A stretch of 64,000 nt of DNA from an uncultured Gemmatimonadales bacterium (lineage in GTDB: Bacteria; Gemmatimonadota; Gemmatimonadetes; Gemmatimonadales; GWC2-71-9), in NCBI GenBank assembly GCA_963717315.1, contig CAVQWA010000056.1, positions 5,960 to 69,959 on the forward strand, in the 5' to 3' direction. The notes beneath the pieces were generated by a model. That model worked only from the letters and a program-made list of their open reading frames with translations, ran no database searches and was not told the DNA's origin. This document shows positions 53,027 to 63,413 of the stretch, in pieces; the stretch's first letter is position 1; each line of letters starts with the position of its first letter. Made by a program: the position numbers and the translations under genes.

Positions 53027-54625
53027 TCAGGCACCCCGAAGCTGCGCATCGGCTTCCCGTCCGATCCGCACCACGATGTCCGGCAGCGCCTCGACGTCCC
53101 GGAGCGTCGTCCGGAAGTTCACGATGCAGGCCCGGAGCGCGTAGCGGCCGTCCACCACGGCATTGGAGACGAAGGCCTCGCCGCCCCGCTGGAGCCGGTC
53201 GAGGATCGCCTTGTTGAGCCGGTCCAGGTACTCCCCGTGACTCGCCGAGTCGGCCCGCAGGTCGGCCGGGACGTAGCGGAAGGTCGAGATGCTGAGCCGG
53301 CAGGTGAGCGGCTCCAGCTCCGGGCGCTCCGCCACCGCGCGGTGGAGCGCCTGCGCGAGGGCGATGTCCTCGCGGATCAGCCGCACGATGCCGTCGCGGC
53401 CCGCCTGGCGGAGCCCGAGCCAGACCTTGAGCGCGCGGAACCCGCGGCTGTTCTGCGGACCGAGGGAGAGGAAGTTCACCGGTGGGTCGTCCGGGTCGCC
53501 GGCGAAGTTGTAGTAGACCGGGTCGAAGCTGAAGGTGCGGCTGAGCGAGTCCGGGTCGCGGACCAGCACGCACCCCGCCTCGAGCGGGGCGTAGAGCCAC
53601 TTGTGCGGGTCGAGGGCGATCGAATCGGCCTCGCCGAGCGCCCGGAATTCGGGATCGGATTCCGGGAGCGCCGCGGCCGGACCGCCGTAGGCCCCGTCCA
53701 CGTGGAACCAGAGGCCGTGGGCGCGGCAGGTTCGCGCGATGGCCCGGAGCGGATCCACCGTCCCGGTGCCCACGGTCCCCGCGGTCCCGACCGCGGCGAT
53801 CGGGTGGACGCCCGCGGCGCGATCGGCCACGATCGCGGCCTCGAGCGCGTCCACCCGCATCCGCCCCTCGCGGTCCAGCGGGATCCAGCGGATCGCGCTG
53901 GTCCCGATGCCCATCAGGTCGGCGGCCTTCTGCACCCAGGTATGGGTCTCGGTCGAGGCGTAGACCGCGAGCGGGGGGCCGCCGAGCACCCCGTCGGTCC
54001 GGACGTCGCCCGGGGCCTTCGCCTGCCGTGCGGCGAGGAGCCCGACGATGTTCGCCATGTTGCCCCCGCTCACCAGGAGCCCGCCCGCGCCCGCGGGGCA
54101 CCCCACCAGCTCGGCGATCCAGCGGACCGCCTGCAGCTCGATCTCCGTGGCCATCGGGGAGAGGATCGAGGCGCCCACGTTCGGGTTGACCGAGGCGGCG
54201 AGCAGGTCTCCCAGCATCCCGAGCGGCGCGGCCGAGCCGGTGACATACCCCCAGAACCGCGGATGCCCGTTGTGGAGCGAGTGGGAGAAGAGCAGGTCGG
54301 TGGCCTCGGCGAGCAATTCGGCTGGTGCGGTCCCGATGACCGGCAAGCCGTTGCCGCCCAGGGCGGCGCGCACCGCGCGCGGCGGTTCCCCGGGGGTGAC
54401 GGGTCCGTCCGGCATCGTCCCCAGCATCGTGGCGATCCGGTCCACCAGCTCGTGGCCGAGCCGGCGGAACTCGTCGGGCCCGATGTCGAGCGCGGGGTTG
54501 GGGGCGAGACGGGGCGGCTCGGCGGCTCGGCGGCCCGGCGGCCCGGCGGGGATGTCAGCGGGCCTGGCGGGAGCGGGGTCCGGGGTCATGCCCGGGATGC
54601 GCGTCGGGACGCCGGAATCCGACAT
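53027..54625 (-). CDS. group II pyridoxal-dependent decarboxylase (aromatic-amino-acid decarboxylase family)
   Basis: ATG 54625 (MSDSGVPTRIPG). HPRFWGYV, SGGNMANIVGL, DGAYGG, and PLP-lysine motif DPHKWLYAP. Pro/Ala-rich ~50-aa N-terminal extension. Confidence 0.92.
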   Translation of the reverse strand: MSDSGVPTRIPGMTPDPAPARPADIPAGPPGRRAAEPPRLAPNPALDIGPDEFRRLGHELVDRIATMLGTMPDGPVTPGEPPRAVRAALGGNGLPVIGTAPAELLAEATDLLFSHSLHNGHPRFWGYVTGSAAPLGMLGDLLAASVNPNVGASILSPMATEIELQAVRWIAELVGCPAGAGGLLVSGGNMANIVGLLAARQAKAPGDVRTDGVLGGPPLAVYASTETHTWVQKAADLMGIGTSAIRWIPLDREGRMRVDALEAAIVADRAAGVHPIAAVGTAGTVGTGTVDPLRAIARTCRAHGLWFHVDGAYGGPAAALPESDPEFRALGEADSIALDPHKWLYAPLEAGCVLVRDPDSLSRTFSFDPVYYNFAGDPDDPPVNFLSLGPQNSRGFRALKVWLGLRQAGRDGIVRLIREDIALAQALHRAVAERPELEPLTCRLSISTFRYVPADLRADSASHGEYLDRLNKAILDRLQRGGEAFVSNAVVDGRYALRACIVNFRTTLRDVEALPDIVVRIGREADAQLRGA

Positions 54626-55074
54626 CACGGCGCCCCGAAGCCGCGGGCCATTGCGGTGGCGGCCAGGACGATCGCCACCACCAGGAAGGCCTGCGCCCGG
54701 CTGGTGGCGGCGATCGCCGTTGCCCCAGCGGCATCCGGCAGGCCGCCGCGGGCCACCTGCCGCCGCCAGCGCGTGAAGGTCACGATCGGCCGGATCTCCA
54801 TCACGAGGATGAGCACGAAGAGGCCCAGCTTCGTCCAGAAGAGGTGGCTGGAGAGGTAGTAGCCGGTGGCCTTTTCCAGCCCCGCGAGGAGGCGCCAGAG
54901 GCCGGTCACCAGCCAGATCAGCGCCGCGACTCCCCACCAGGCGTCGGCCGCGAGGACCCGCCGGACCGCGGGCGCGTCGACCGGACCGGAGAGCGCGGAG
55001 GCCCGCGCCCAGACCGCGCCCAGGCCCACGCCGAGGCCGAGGAGGTGGAGCGAGGCGAGGACGAGCCGGATCAT
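54625..55074 (-). CDS. DUF2214-like integral membrane protein
   Basis: Four hydrophobic helices. The stop overlaps the decarboxylase start. The start abuts the upstream stop with no gap. Confidence 0.8.
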   Translation of the reverse strand: MIRLVLASLHLLGLGVGLGAVWARASALSGPVDAPAVRRVLAADAWWGVAALIWLVTGLWRLLAGLEKATGYYLSSHLFWTKLGLFVLILVMEIRPIVTFTRWRRQVARGGLPDAAGATAIAATSRAQAFLVVAIVLAATAMARGFGAP

Positions 55075-55308
55075 TCAGGCGTGGTCGGCCACCGCGGTGA
55101 CCCCCGCCTTCCGCGCGCAGTTGGCGCAGCAGAAGAAGGTGCCGTTCGCCTCGATGCCGTGGCCGATGATCCTGCAGCCGCAGTGGTCGCAGAAGGGCGC
55201 CAGCTTGTGGATCGCGCACTCGAAGCTGTCGAAGGTGTGGGTCGCACCGGCCGTCACCACCTCGAACGAGAGGTGGTAGTCGTTCCCGCAGGTTTCGCAG
55301 CGAGCCAT
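55075..55308 (-). CDS. small Cys/His-rich putative metal-binding protein
   Basis: 77 aa: CETCGN...FDSFECAIH...CDHCGCRIIGHG...FFCCANCA, with 10 Cys and several His. Confidence 0.8.
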   Translation of the reverse strand: MARCETCGNDYHLSFEVVTAGATHTFDSFECAIHKLAPFCDHCGCRIIGHGIEANGTFFCCANCARKAGVTAVADHA

Positions 55309-55401
55309 GGGAGCCCCCTTGGTGGGCGGGCGGCCGAGCGCCGCCCCACCACCAGTCTGGGCCCCGGGGCCGGGTTCCGGAAGTGACGGGGAGCACGGGC
55401 C

Positions 55402-55445
55402 GGCAGTCGGACAGTCGGGCCGTCGGACAGTCCGACCGTCCGTCT
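55402..55445. repeat. octamer palindrome (GTCGGAC-a-GTCCGAC core)
   Basis: ggcagtcggacagtcgggccgtcggacagtccgaccgtccgtc, ending at the stop of CDS 55444..56196. Confidence 0.9.
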
Positions 55446-56196
55446 ACCCGAGCACCGCCCGCACCGTCCCGCCGAGCCCCACGCCGATTCGCCGCGCCGC
55501 CGAGCCGCCGCGCACGGCGATCTCCACCGTGCCGCCGGAGCCGAGGTACGCCACCAGGCCGCCGTTCGGCACGTCGGCGAAGGTGCGCCGGAGCGGGCCC
55601 GCCGCCGAATCCTCGACGTGGAACGTGGTGGTGCGGCCCAGCAGGTCGGGGGTGAGGTCGGTGACCAGGTTGCCGAAACGGTCCACGTGCACCACGGTGC
55701 CGAGCAGCGTCTTGCCGTCGTAGCGGCGCTCGGGCGCGGGGAGCAGGAAGGGCGGCGAACCGGGCGGCGGGCCGAGCGAGGCGAGCGCGGCGCCGTTGGC
55801 AAGCGCCGCAGCCGCGGGGGCGAACACGTCGCGGCCGTGGAAGGTGGCCGACGCCTCGGCGGGCGGCGCCAGCTCCACCACCGCGGCGCCCTCGAGCACC
55901 GGCGTGAGCGCGCCGTTGTCGGGGCCGACGAAGCGGTGCCCCTCGAGCTCGGCGGCCAGCGCCGCGCGTCGCGTGCCGACCCCGGGGTCCACCACCACGA
56001 GGTGCACCGTGCCGGCCGGGAACCGGCGCCACGCGCGGCCGAGCAGGTAGGCGGCGGTGCGGACCGCCCCCGGCGTCACCTCGTGGCTCACGTCCACCAG
56101 CGTCGCGTCCGGCGCGGCGCTCAGCAGCACGCCCCGGACCTCCGCCACGTAGGAGTCGGCGGTACCGAAGTCGGTGAGGAGGGTGATCACGGTCAT
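55444..56196 (-). CDS. SAM hydroxide adenosyltransferase family protein (DUF62)
   Basis: ITLLTDFGTADSYVAEVRGV...VVDPGVGT...GPDNG...HGRDVFAP, typical of the family. Confidence 0.9.
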   Translation of the reverse strand: MTVITLLTDFGTADSYVAEVRGVLLSAAPDATLVDVSHEVTPGAVRTAAYLLGRAWRRFPAGTVHLVVVDPGVGTRRAALAAELEGHRFVGPDNGALTPVLEGAAVVELAPPAEASATFHGRDVFAPAAAALANGAALASLGPPPGSPPFLLPAPERRYDGKTLLGTVVHVDRFGNLVTDLTPDLLGRTTTFHVEDSAAGPLRRTFADVPNGGLVAYLGSGGTVEIAVRGGSAARRIGVGLGGTVRAVLG

Positions 56197-56280
56197 CGGG
56201 ACGGGGAACGGGGAGAGGGGAGAGGGGAGAGGGGAGCGGGGAGGGGGCCCTCTCCCCTCTCCCCTCTCCCCTCTCCCCCC
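56197..56280. repeat. G-arm/C-arm heptamer hairpin filling the whole intergenic gap
   Basis: 56210..56236 pairs with 56252..56278 (27 pairs by hand count). Three further GC pairs follow after one mismatch. Spans exactly from start codon 56196 to stop codon 56281. Confidence 0.95.
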
Positions 56281-57408
56281 TCACCCGCTCACCACCGGCA
56301 GCGTCGTCTCCAGCCCCGCCACCTCCTCCACCACCCGCTGGGCGATGTCGCGGAGGGCGGTGGCCGCCGGGCTCCCCGGCTGGGAGAGGACGATCGGGCG
56401 GCCGAGGTCGGCGTCGTCAGGGAGGCCGGGCTGGAGCGGGATCTTGCCGAGGAGCGGGATGCCAAGCTCCTCCGCCAGCCGCTGGCCGCCGCCGGTGAGG
56501 AAGATGTCGGAGTGCTGGCCGCAGTGGGTGCAGGTGAAGCCGCTCATGTTCTCCACCACGCCGGCCACGGGCACGCCGACCTTCTCGAACATCTTCGCCC
56601 CGCGGAGCGCGTCGCCGATCGCCACCACCTGCGGCGTCGTCACGATGATCGCGGCCGTGACCTTCGTGGTCTGCGCCAGCGAGAGCTGCGCGTCGCCGGT
56701 GCCGGGAGGCATGTCCACGATCAGGTAGTCGAGTTCGCCCCACGCGACGTCGTGCAGGAACTGGTGGATCACCTTCATGATGATCGGCCCGCGCCAGATG
56801 ACCGGCGCGTCGCGCTCGAGCAGGAACCCGAGCGACATCAGCTTCACCCCGTACGCCTCCAGCGGGACGATCCGGTTGCCGTCCCGCATCGGACGCTCGA
56901 AGACGCCCATCATCCTCGGCACGTTGGGGCCGTAGACGTCGGCGTCCATCATCCCCACCCGGTGCCCCGCCTCCGCGAGCGCCACCGCCAGGTTCACCGC
57001 CACCGTGGACTTCCCCACCCCGCCCTTCCCCGACGACACCGCGATGATCCGCCCGAGGTGCGGCAGCTCCATCCCCGCCGGAGCCGTCCCGGCCGCTCCA
57101 GCGGTCGCAGGCGCCCCCGCCCCCGCCCCCGCCCCCGGCGGCCCGTGCGTCGCCGGCGCCGGGCCCGCGGGATCGGTCACCCGGATCCGCGCCGGCGGCT
57201 CGACGCCCGTCACCCCCTCCACCGCCTTCCGCACCTGGCGCACCAGCGTCGCCGGGTCATCGCGGCCGAGGAGGAAGGTGAAGGAGACCTCGCCGGCGTC
57301 GGACACCGACAGGTCGCGCACCAGGCCGGCCGTGAGGACGTCGCCCTTCGCGGGATGCGCCACGCCGCGGAGCGCGGCGAGGACGCGGGAGTGGAGCGTA
57401 TCGGTCAT
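56281..57408 (-). CDS. apbC: Mrp/ApbC-family Fe-S cluster carrier ATPase
   Basis: ATG 57408 (MTDTLHSRVLAAL). N-terminal DUF59-like domain. Gly/Ala/Pro linker. Deviant Walker A SGKGGVGKST. CTHCG motif. Confidence 0.92.
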   Translation of the reverse strand: MTDTLHSRVLAALRGVAHPAKGDVLTAGLVRDLSVSDAGEVSFTFLLGRDDPATLVRQVRKAVEGVTGVEPPARIRVTDPAGPAPATHGPPGAGAGAGAPATAGAAGTAPAGMELPHLGRIIAVSSGKGGVGKSTVAVNLAVALAEAGHRVGMMDADVYGPNVPRMMGVFERPMRDGNRIVPLEAYGVKLMSLGFLLERDAPVIWRGPIIMKVIHQFLHDVAWGELDYLIVDMPPGTGDAQLSLAQTTKVTAAIIVTTPQVVAIGDALRGAKMFEKVGVPVAGVVENMSGFTCTHCGQHSDIFLTGGGQRLAEELGIPLLGKIPLQPGLPDDADLGRPIVLSQPGSPAATALRDIAQRVVEEVAGLETTLPVVSG

Positions 57409-57409
57409 C

Positions 57410-57655
57410 TCAGATCGCCTCGACGGTCCGCACCTCCGGCACCGCCTGCCGGAGCCGGGACTCGATGCCGTGCTTGAGCGTGAGCGTGCTGGCGGCGCAG
57501 CCGTGGCAGGTGCCGCCCATCCGCAGCAGGAGGATGCCGTCGGCGGCGTCGAAGTCCACCACCTCGACGTGCCCGCGGTGCGAGTTGATGTAGGGGCGGA
57601 TCGTGTCGAGCGTGTGCTCGATGCGGGCCAGGATCTCTTCGGTGGGGCTGGACAT
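57410..57655 (-). CDS. NifU-like (Nfu C-terminal domain) Fe-S assembly protein
   Basis: ATG 57655 (MSSPTEEILARIEHTLDTIRPYINSHRGHVEVV...GTCHGCAAS). Confidence 0.88.
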   Translation of the reverse strand: MSSPTEEILARIEHTLDTIRPYINSHRGHVEVVDFDAADGILLLRMGGTCHGCAASTLTLKHGIESRLRQAVPEVRTVEAI

Positions 57656-57679
57656 CTCAATTCCTGGCAATATGGTCGG

Positions 57680-57708
57680 ATTATCGCCGGGCCGGGAGCC
57701 GGGGTCAA
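57680..57708 (-). promoter_or_regulatory. sigma70-type promoter for nfu-apbC
   Basis: Minus strand TTGACC (57708..57703), 17 bp, GATAAT (57685..57680). The ATG lies 25 nt downstream of the -10 hexamer. The -35 overlaps the nrnA stop codon. Confidence 0.5.
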
Positions 57709-58730
57709 CCGGCAACCGCCCCGTCGACCAGCCAGGCCCGCGCCTCGGCCAGCAGGCTGTCCTGCACCTCGGCCAGCTTCCCCTCGAACGAGACGCCCGC
57801 TGCCTTGGTGTGGCCGCCGCCGCCGTACCGCCGGGCGAAGCTCGCCACGTCCACCTCCCCCACCGAGCGGAGGCTCACCTTGATCCGGCCCCCGGAGATC
57901 TCGCGGAAGAGGAGCGCCAGCCGCACGCCGGCGATGCTCCGCGCGTGCTCGATGACGCCGTCGAGGTCGTCGGCCGACACGCCGTGGCGGTCGAGCGCGC
58001 CGGGCGGGACGGTGAGCCAGGCGAGCCCCGCCTCCGGCTCCACCACCAGCGTGTCGAGCGCCTCCGCCAGCAGCCGCACGCGGCCCTCGGGGGCGTTGGC
58101 GTAGACGTCGAGGTAGATCCGCTCGGGGTCGATGCCGGTCTCGAGCAGCTCCGCCGCGATCCGGAGGGTACGCGGGTGGGTGTTGCTGAAGCGGAACCCG
58201 CCGGTGTCGGTGAGGATCGCCACGTAGAGCGCGCGGGCCGCGTCGCGGGTGAGCGGCCAGCCGTTGGCCTGCGCCAGCTCCCAGACCAGCTCCCCGGTGG
58301 CGGCGGCAGTGGGGTCCACGTACCGCGTGCCGGGCGGGAGGTCGCCGCCGCTCACGTGGTGGTCCACGCAGAGCACCGGCACGCCGCGGTCCCGCACCAC
58401 GTCGCCCAGCATCCCGAGCCGGCCGAGGTCGGAGATGTCGAGCACGATCACGGCCTCGGCCCGGCGGATCTCCTTCACCGCCTCCGCGCTCCGGTCCGTG
58501 CCGTCGAGGCCGTCGAGGAGGAACCGGAACCGGGGCGGCGTCGGGTTCGGGTTCGCCACGGTCACCGTGAACCCCGCCCCGCGGAGCAGGTGGGCGAGCC
58601 CGGCCTCGCTGCCGAGCCCGTCGCCATCCGGGTTCACGTGGGTGGTGAGGCAGACGCGGGCGCCGGCCGGCAGGCCGGCGGCGAACTCGCGGGCGGCGGC
58701 GGTCTTCGCCGCCGAGAGGGTGAGCGGCAT
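57705..58730 (-). CDS. nrnA: DHH-family phosphoesterase NrnA (oligoribonuclease/pAp phosphatase)
   Basis: THVNPDGDGLGS, DHH (VDHH), TDTGGF, GGGGHTKAAG motifs. Confidence 0.88.
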   Translation of the reverse strand: MPLTLSAAKTAAAREFAAGLPAGARVCLTTHVNPDGDGLGSEAGLAHLLRGAGFTVTVANPNPTPPRFRFLLDGLDGTDRSAEAVKEIRRAEAVIVLDISDLGRLGMLGDVVRDRGVPVLCVDHHVSGGDLPPGTRYVDPTAAATGELVWELAQANGWPLTRDAARALYVAILTDTGGFRFSNTHPRTLRIAAELLETGIDPERIYLDVYANAPEGRVRLLAEALDTLVVEPEAGLAWLTVPPGALDRHGVSADDLDGVIEHARSIAGVRLALLFREISGGRIKVSLRSVGEVDVASFARRYGGGGHTKAAGVSFEGKLAEVQDSLLAEARAWLVDGAVAG

Positions 58731-58751
58731 GGCGCCAAAGATAAGCGGCGG

Positions 58752-60669
<1,918 letters not shown>

Positions 60670-60686
60670 CCCGGCGTGCTCCTTTC

Positions 60687-60771
60687 GGGGGAGAGGGGAG
60701 AGGGGAGAGGGCCGAGCGGCCGTCGCGCGTCTCCCGTCTCCCCTCTCCCCTCTCCCCTCTCCCCTCTCCCC
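60687..60771. repeat. G-arm/C-arm heptamer inverted repeat
   Basis: 60688..60711 pairs with 60741..60764 (24 Watson-Crick pairs by hand count), with a 29-nt loop. The C-arm ends at the stop of CDS 60771..61859. Confidence 0.93.
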
Positions 60772-61859
60772 TACTCGACCACTTCGGCGAGCTCGACGAC
60801 GGGATTGGGCAGCCACCGCGTGCTCGCCGCGCGCAGGATGACGCGCCCCGTGAACTCGGAGAGCGGCGCCATCCCCTTGAACCGTGCCGCCTGCGGCGGG
60901 GAGACGATCACGTACACGTACCCCGGCTCCGGCAGCGGGCCGCGGGCGAGGAGGTACTCCCGACCCTCCGGCAGCTCGGGGCGGAGCGCGTCGGCGGTCT
61001 GCACCGCCACCAGCTGCAGGCGCCACTCGATGAGCTGCCCGGTGTAGCGGTCCGGCTGTGCCCGCACCTCCGAGGTGGAGACGCCGCGGAGCGCGCCGCC
61101 CGGCGCCGGCCGCGCGTCGCCCGCCGGGAGCCAGCCCTCGATCCGCACCTTCACCCACTCGCCGGAACGCGCGATGACCTCGCCCTCCGCCCCGTCGGCC
61201 AGCGTGGCGATCCCCGCGCCGCCCGGCTCCGCGGCGAGGAGCGCGTTGGTGGCGGTGGCGACGCGGTCGCTCGACGGGGCGACGGGGCCCGCAGGCGGCG
61301 CGGCGGCTCCGCCGCCTGGCGGCGGGACGGAGGGTTGCGGGGACGGCGCGCGGACGGCGTCCCCCGACGCGCCGTCCCGCCGCCCCGCCGTCCGCTCCGC
61401 GAACGCCGACCGGAGCGCCCACCCCTCCCGCCGCACCCGGACCCATCGCCCCTGCGTCGTGCGCCGGTCGAGCAGCGCGCCCCGCGAGAGCTTCGCCACC
61501 ATCGCCCCGTTCGGCGCGGCGCGGAGGTTCTCCCCGCCGTCGGCGCTCACCACCAGGTCGAAGCCGTCGCGCGTGGTGCGCGCCACGCTCGGCGCGTAGA
61601 TCCAGCCGTCGAGCGTCACCTCCACCCAGCCGCCCCGGGTGCGCCCGGTGGGCACCCGCGCGCCGGGCTGGAGCATCCCGAGCTGCGTCCCGCCGGGCTC
61701 CTTCCGGAACGCGGTGGCGCGCCGCACCGCCTGCGCATCCTGCGCGGCGAGCGGGCCCGCGAGGAGCGCGAGCGCCGCGGCGATCGAGGCTGTCAGGCGG
61801 GAGGGGACCGGGATAGATTGCGGCTCCAGTCTCACGATCCCGAATCGTAGGAGCCGCAC
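60771..61859 (-). CDS. secreted protein with bacterial SH3-like repeats
   Basis: Signal ...LTASIAAALALLAGPLAAQ. Repeated GGWVEVTLDGWI / GRWVRVRREGWA / GEWVKVRIEGWL SH3b-like motifs. Start GTG 61859, or more likely GTG 61832. Confidence 0.8.
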   Translation of the reverse strand: MRLLRFGIVRLEPQSIPVPSRLTASIAAALALLAGPLAAQDAQAVRRATAFRKEPGGTQLGMLQPGARVPTGRTRGGWVEVTLDGWIYAPSVARTTRDGFDLVVSADGGENLRAAPNGAMVAKLSRGALLDRRTTQGRWVRVRREGWALRSAFAERTAGRRDGASGDAVRAPSPQPSVPPPGGGAAAPPAGPVAPSSDRVATATNALLAAEPGGAGIATLADGAEGEVIARSGEWVKVRIEGWLPAGDARPAPGGALRGVSTSEVRAQPDRYTGQLIEWRLQLVAVQTADALRPELPEGREYLLARGPLPEPGYVYVIVSPPQAARFKGMAPLSEFTGRVILRAASTRWLPNPVVELAEVVE

Positions 61860-61865
61860 ACGGGC

Positions 61866-63413
61866 ATGTCAAACCGCGAGCGAGGGGTGGTCCTCGTCGT
61901 CCTCGACGGCTGGGGCCACCGCGCCGAGCGCGAGGGCAACGCCATCGAGCTCGCCCGCACGCCGGTCTGGCACCGGCTCTGGGAACGGGCCCCGCGGACG
62001 CTCCTCGCCGCCAGCGGCCGCGCCGTGGGGCTCCCCGAGGGGCAGATGGGCAACTCCGAGGTGGGCCACCTGAATCTCGGCGCCGGCCGCGTGGTGCCGC
62101 AGGACCTCGTGCGCATCTCCGACAGCTTCGCCGACGGGAGCTTCTGGCAGCTCGCGCCGGTGCAGGCCCTCGCCGGGGGGGTCAGGCGCCGCGGCGCCAC
62201 CCTGCACCTCGCCGGGCTCCTCGGCCCGGGCGGGGTGCACGCCATCGACGCGCACCTGCGCGCCGCGCTGGAGTTCGCCCGCCGGTTCGACCTGCCGCGC
62301 CTCGCCGTCCACGGCTTCCTCGACGGCCGCGACTCCCCGCCCACCTCCGGGCTCGACGTCGTCCGCCGGCTGCAGGAGGACCTGGCCCGGATCACCGACG
62401 GCCGCGGCGTCATCGCCACGCTCACCGGCCGCTACTTCGCGATGGACCGCGACCGCCGCTGGGAGCGGACGAAGCTCGCCTACGATGCGCTGGTCCACGG
62501 CGCGGGCCACGCCGAGTCCGACCCGGTCGAGGCGGTGCGGCACGCGTACGAGCGGGGCGAGACCGACGAGTTCATCCGCCCGGTCGTGCTGCAGCGGGAG
62601 GGCGCCCCCGCCGCGCTCCTCCGCGACGGCGACGGGCTCTTCTGCTTCAACTACCGCAGTGACCGGATGCGGCAGATCCTCCGGGCGCTCGCCGTCGAGG
62701 GGTTCGACGACTTCGACGTCGCGGGCCGTCCCCGGCTCGACGTCGTGACGATGACGCAGTACGACCGCACCTTCCCCTTCCCCGCCGCCTTCCCGCCGAT
62801 GACGCTGGCGAAGATCGTCGCCGAGGTGCTGGCCGACCACGGGCGCACCCAGCTCCGCACCGCGGAGACCGAGAAGTACCCGCACGTGACCTACTTCTTC
62901 AACGGCGGCCACGAGCCGCCGTATCCGGGCGAGGAGCGGCGCCTGGTGCCGAGCCCCAAGGTCGCGACCTACGACCTGCAGCCGGAGATGAGCGCCGCGG
63001 GCGTCACCGACGTCCTCTGTGCCGGCATCGAGGCCCGGGAGCACGACTTCATCCTCGCCAACTACGCCAACGCCGACATGGTCGGGCACACCGGCGTCGT
63101 CCCCGCGATCATCCACGCGGTGGAGACGGTGGACCAGTGCCTCGGCCGGGTGCTCGCGAGCGCCGGGCGCGCCGGCGCCGCCCTCATCGTCACCGCCGAT
63201 CACGGAAACTGCGAAGTGATGATCGACCCCGGGACCGGCGGCCCCCACACCGCCCACACCACGAACCCGGTGCCGCTGGTCCTCGCCGGCGCCGCGCCGG
63301 CCACCCTCCGGAGCGGCGGTGCCCTCTGCGACGTCGGCCCCACGCTCCTCCGGATGATGGGGCTCGAGCCGCCGCCCGAGATGACCGGCCGCGACCTGCG
63401 GGAGGGTGCCTGA
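61866..63413 (+). CDS. gpmI: 2,3-bisphosphoglycerate-independent phosphoglycerate mutase
   Basis: VVLVVLDGWG...GNSEVGH...ANYANADMVGHTG...TADHGN, full length. Confidence 0.96.
   Translation: MSNRERGVVLVVLDGWGHRAEREGNAIELARTPVWHRLWERAPRTLLAASGRAVGLPEGQMGNSEVGHLNLGAGRVVPQDLVRISDSFADGSFWQLAPVQALAGGVRRRGATLHLAGLLGPGGVHAIDAHLRAALEFARRFDLPRLAVHGFLDGRDSPPTSGLDVVRRLQEDLARITDGRGVIATLTGRYFAMDRDRRWERTKLAYDALVHGAGHAESDPVEAVRHAYERGETDEFIRPVVLQREGAPAALLRDGDGLFCFNYRSDRMRQILRALAVEGFDDFDVAGRPRLDVVTMTQYDRTFPFPAAFPPMTLAKIVAEVLADHGRTQLRTAETEKYPHVTYFFNGGHEPPYPGEERRLVPSPKVATYDLQPEMSAAGVTDVLCAGIEAREHDFILANYANADMVGHTGVVPAIIHAVETVDQCLGRVLASAGRAGAALIVTADHGNCEVMIDPGTGGPHTAHTTNPVPLVLAGAAPATLRSGGALCDVGPTLLRMMGLEPPPEMTGRDLREGA

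Noticed and set aside
53027-56284. 1085-aa ORF treated as one protein; also 55618..57477(+) and 57603..60431(+)
   Set aside because: The 1085-aa ORF fuses the decarboxylase with out-of-frame readings of three upstream genes. The plus-strand ORFs are antisense to apbC, nrnA and guaB and have compositional-artefact translations.
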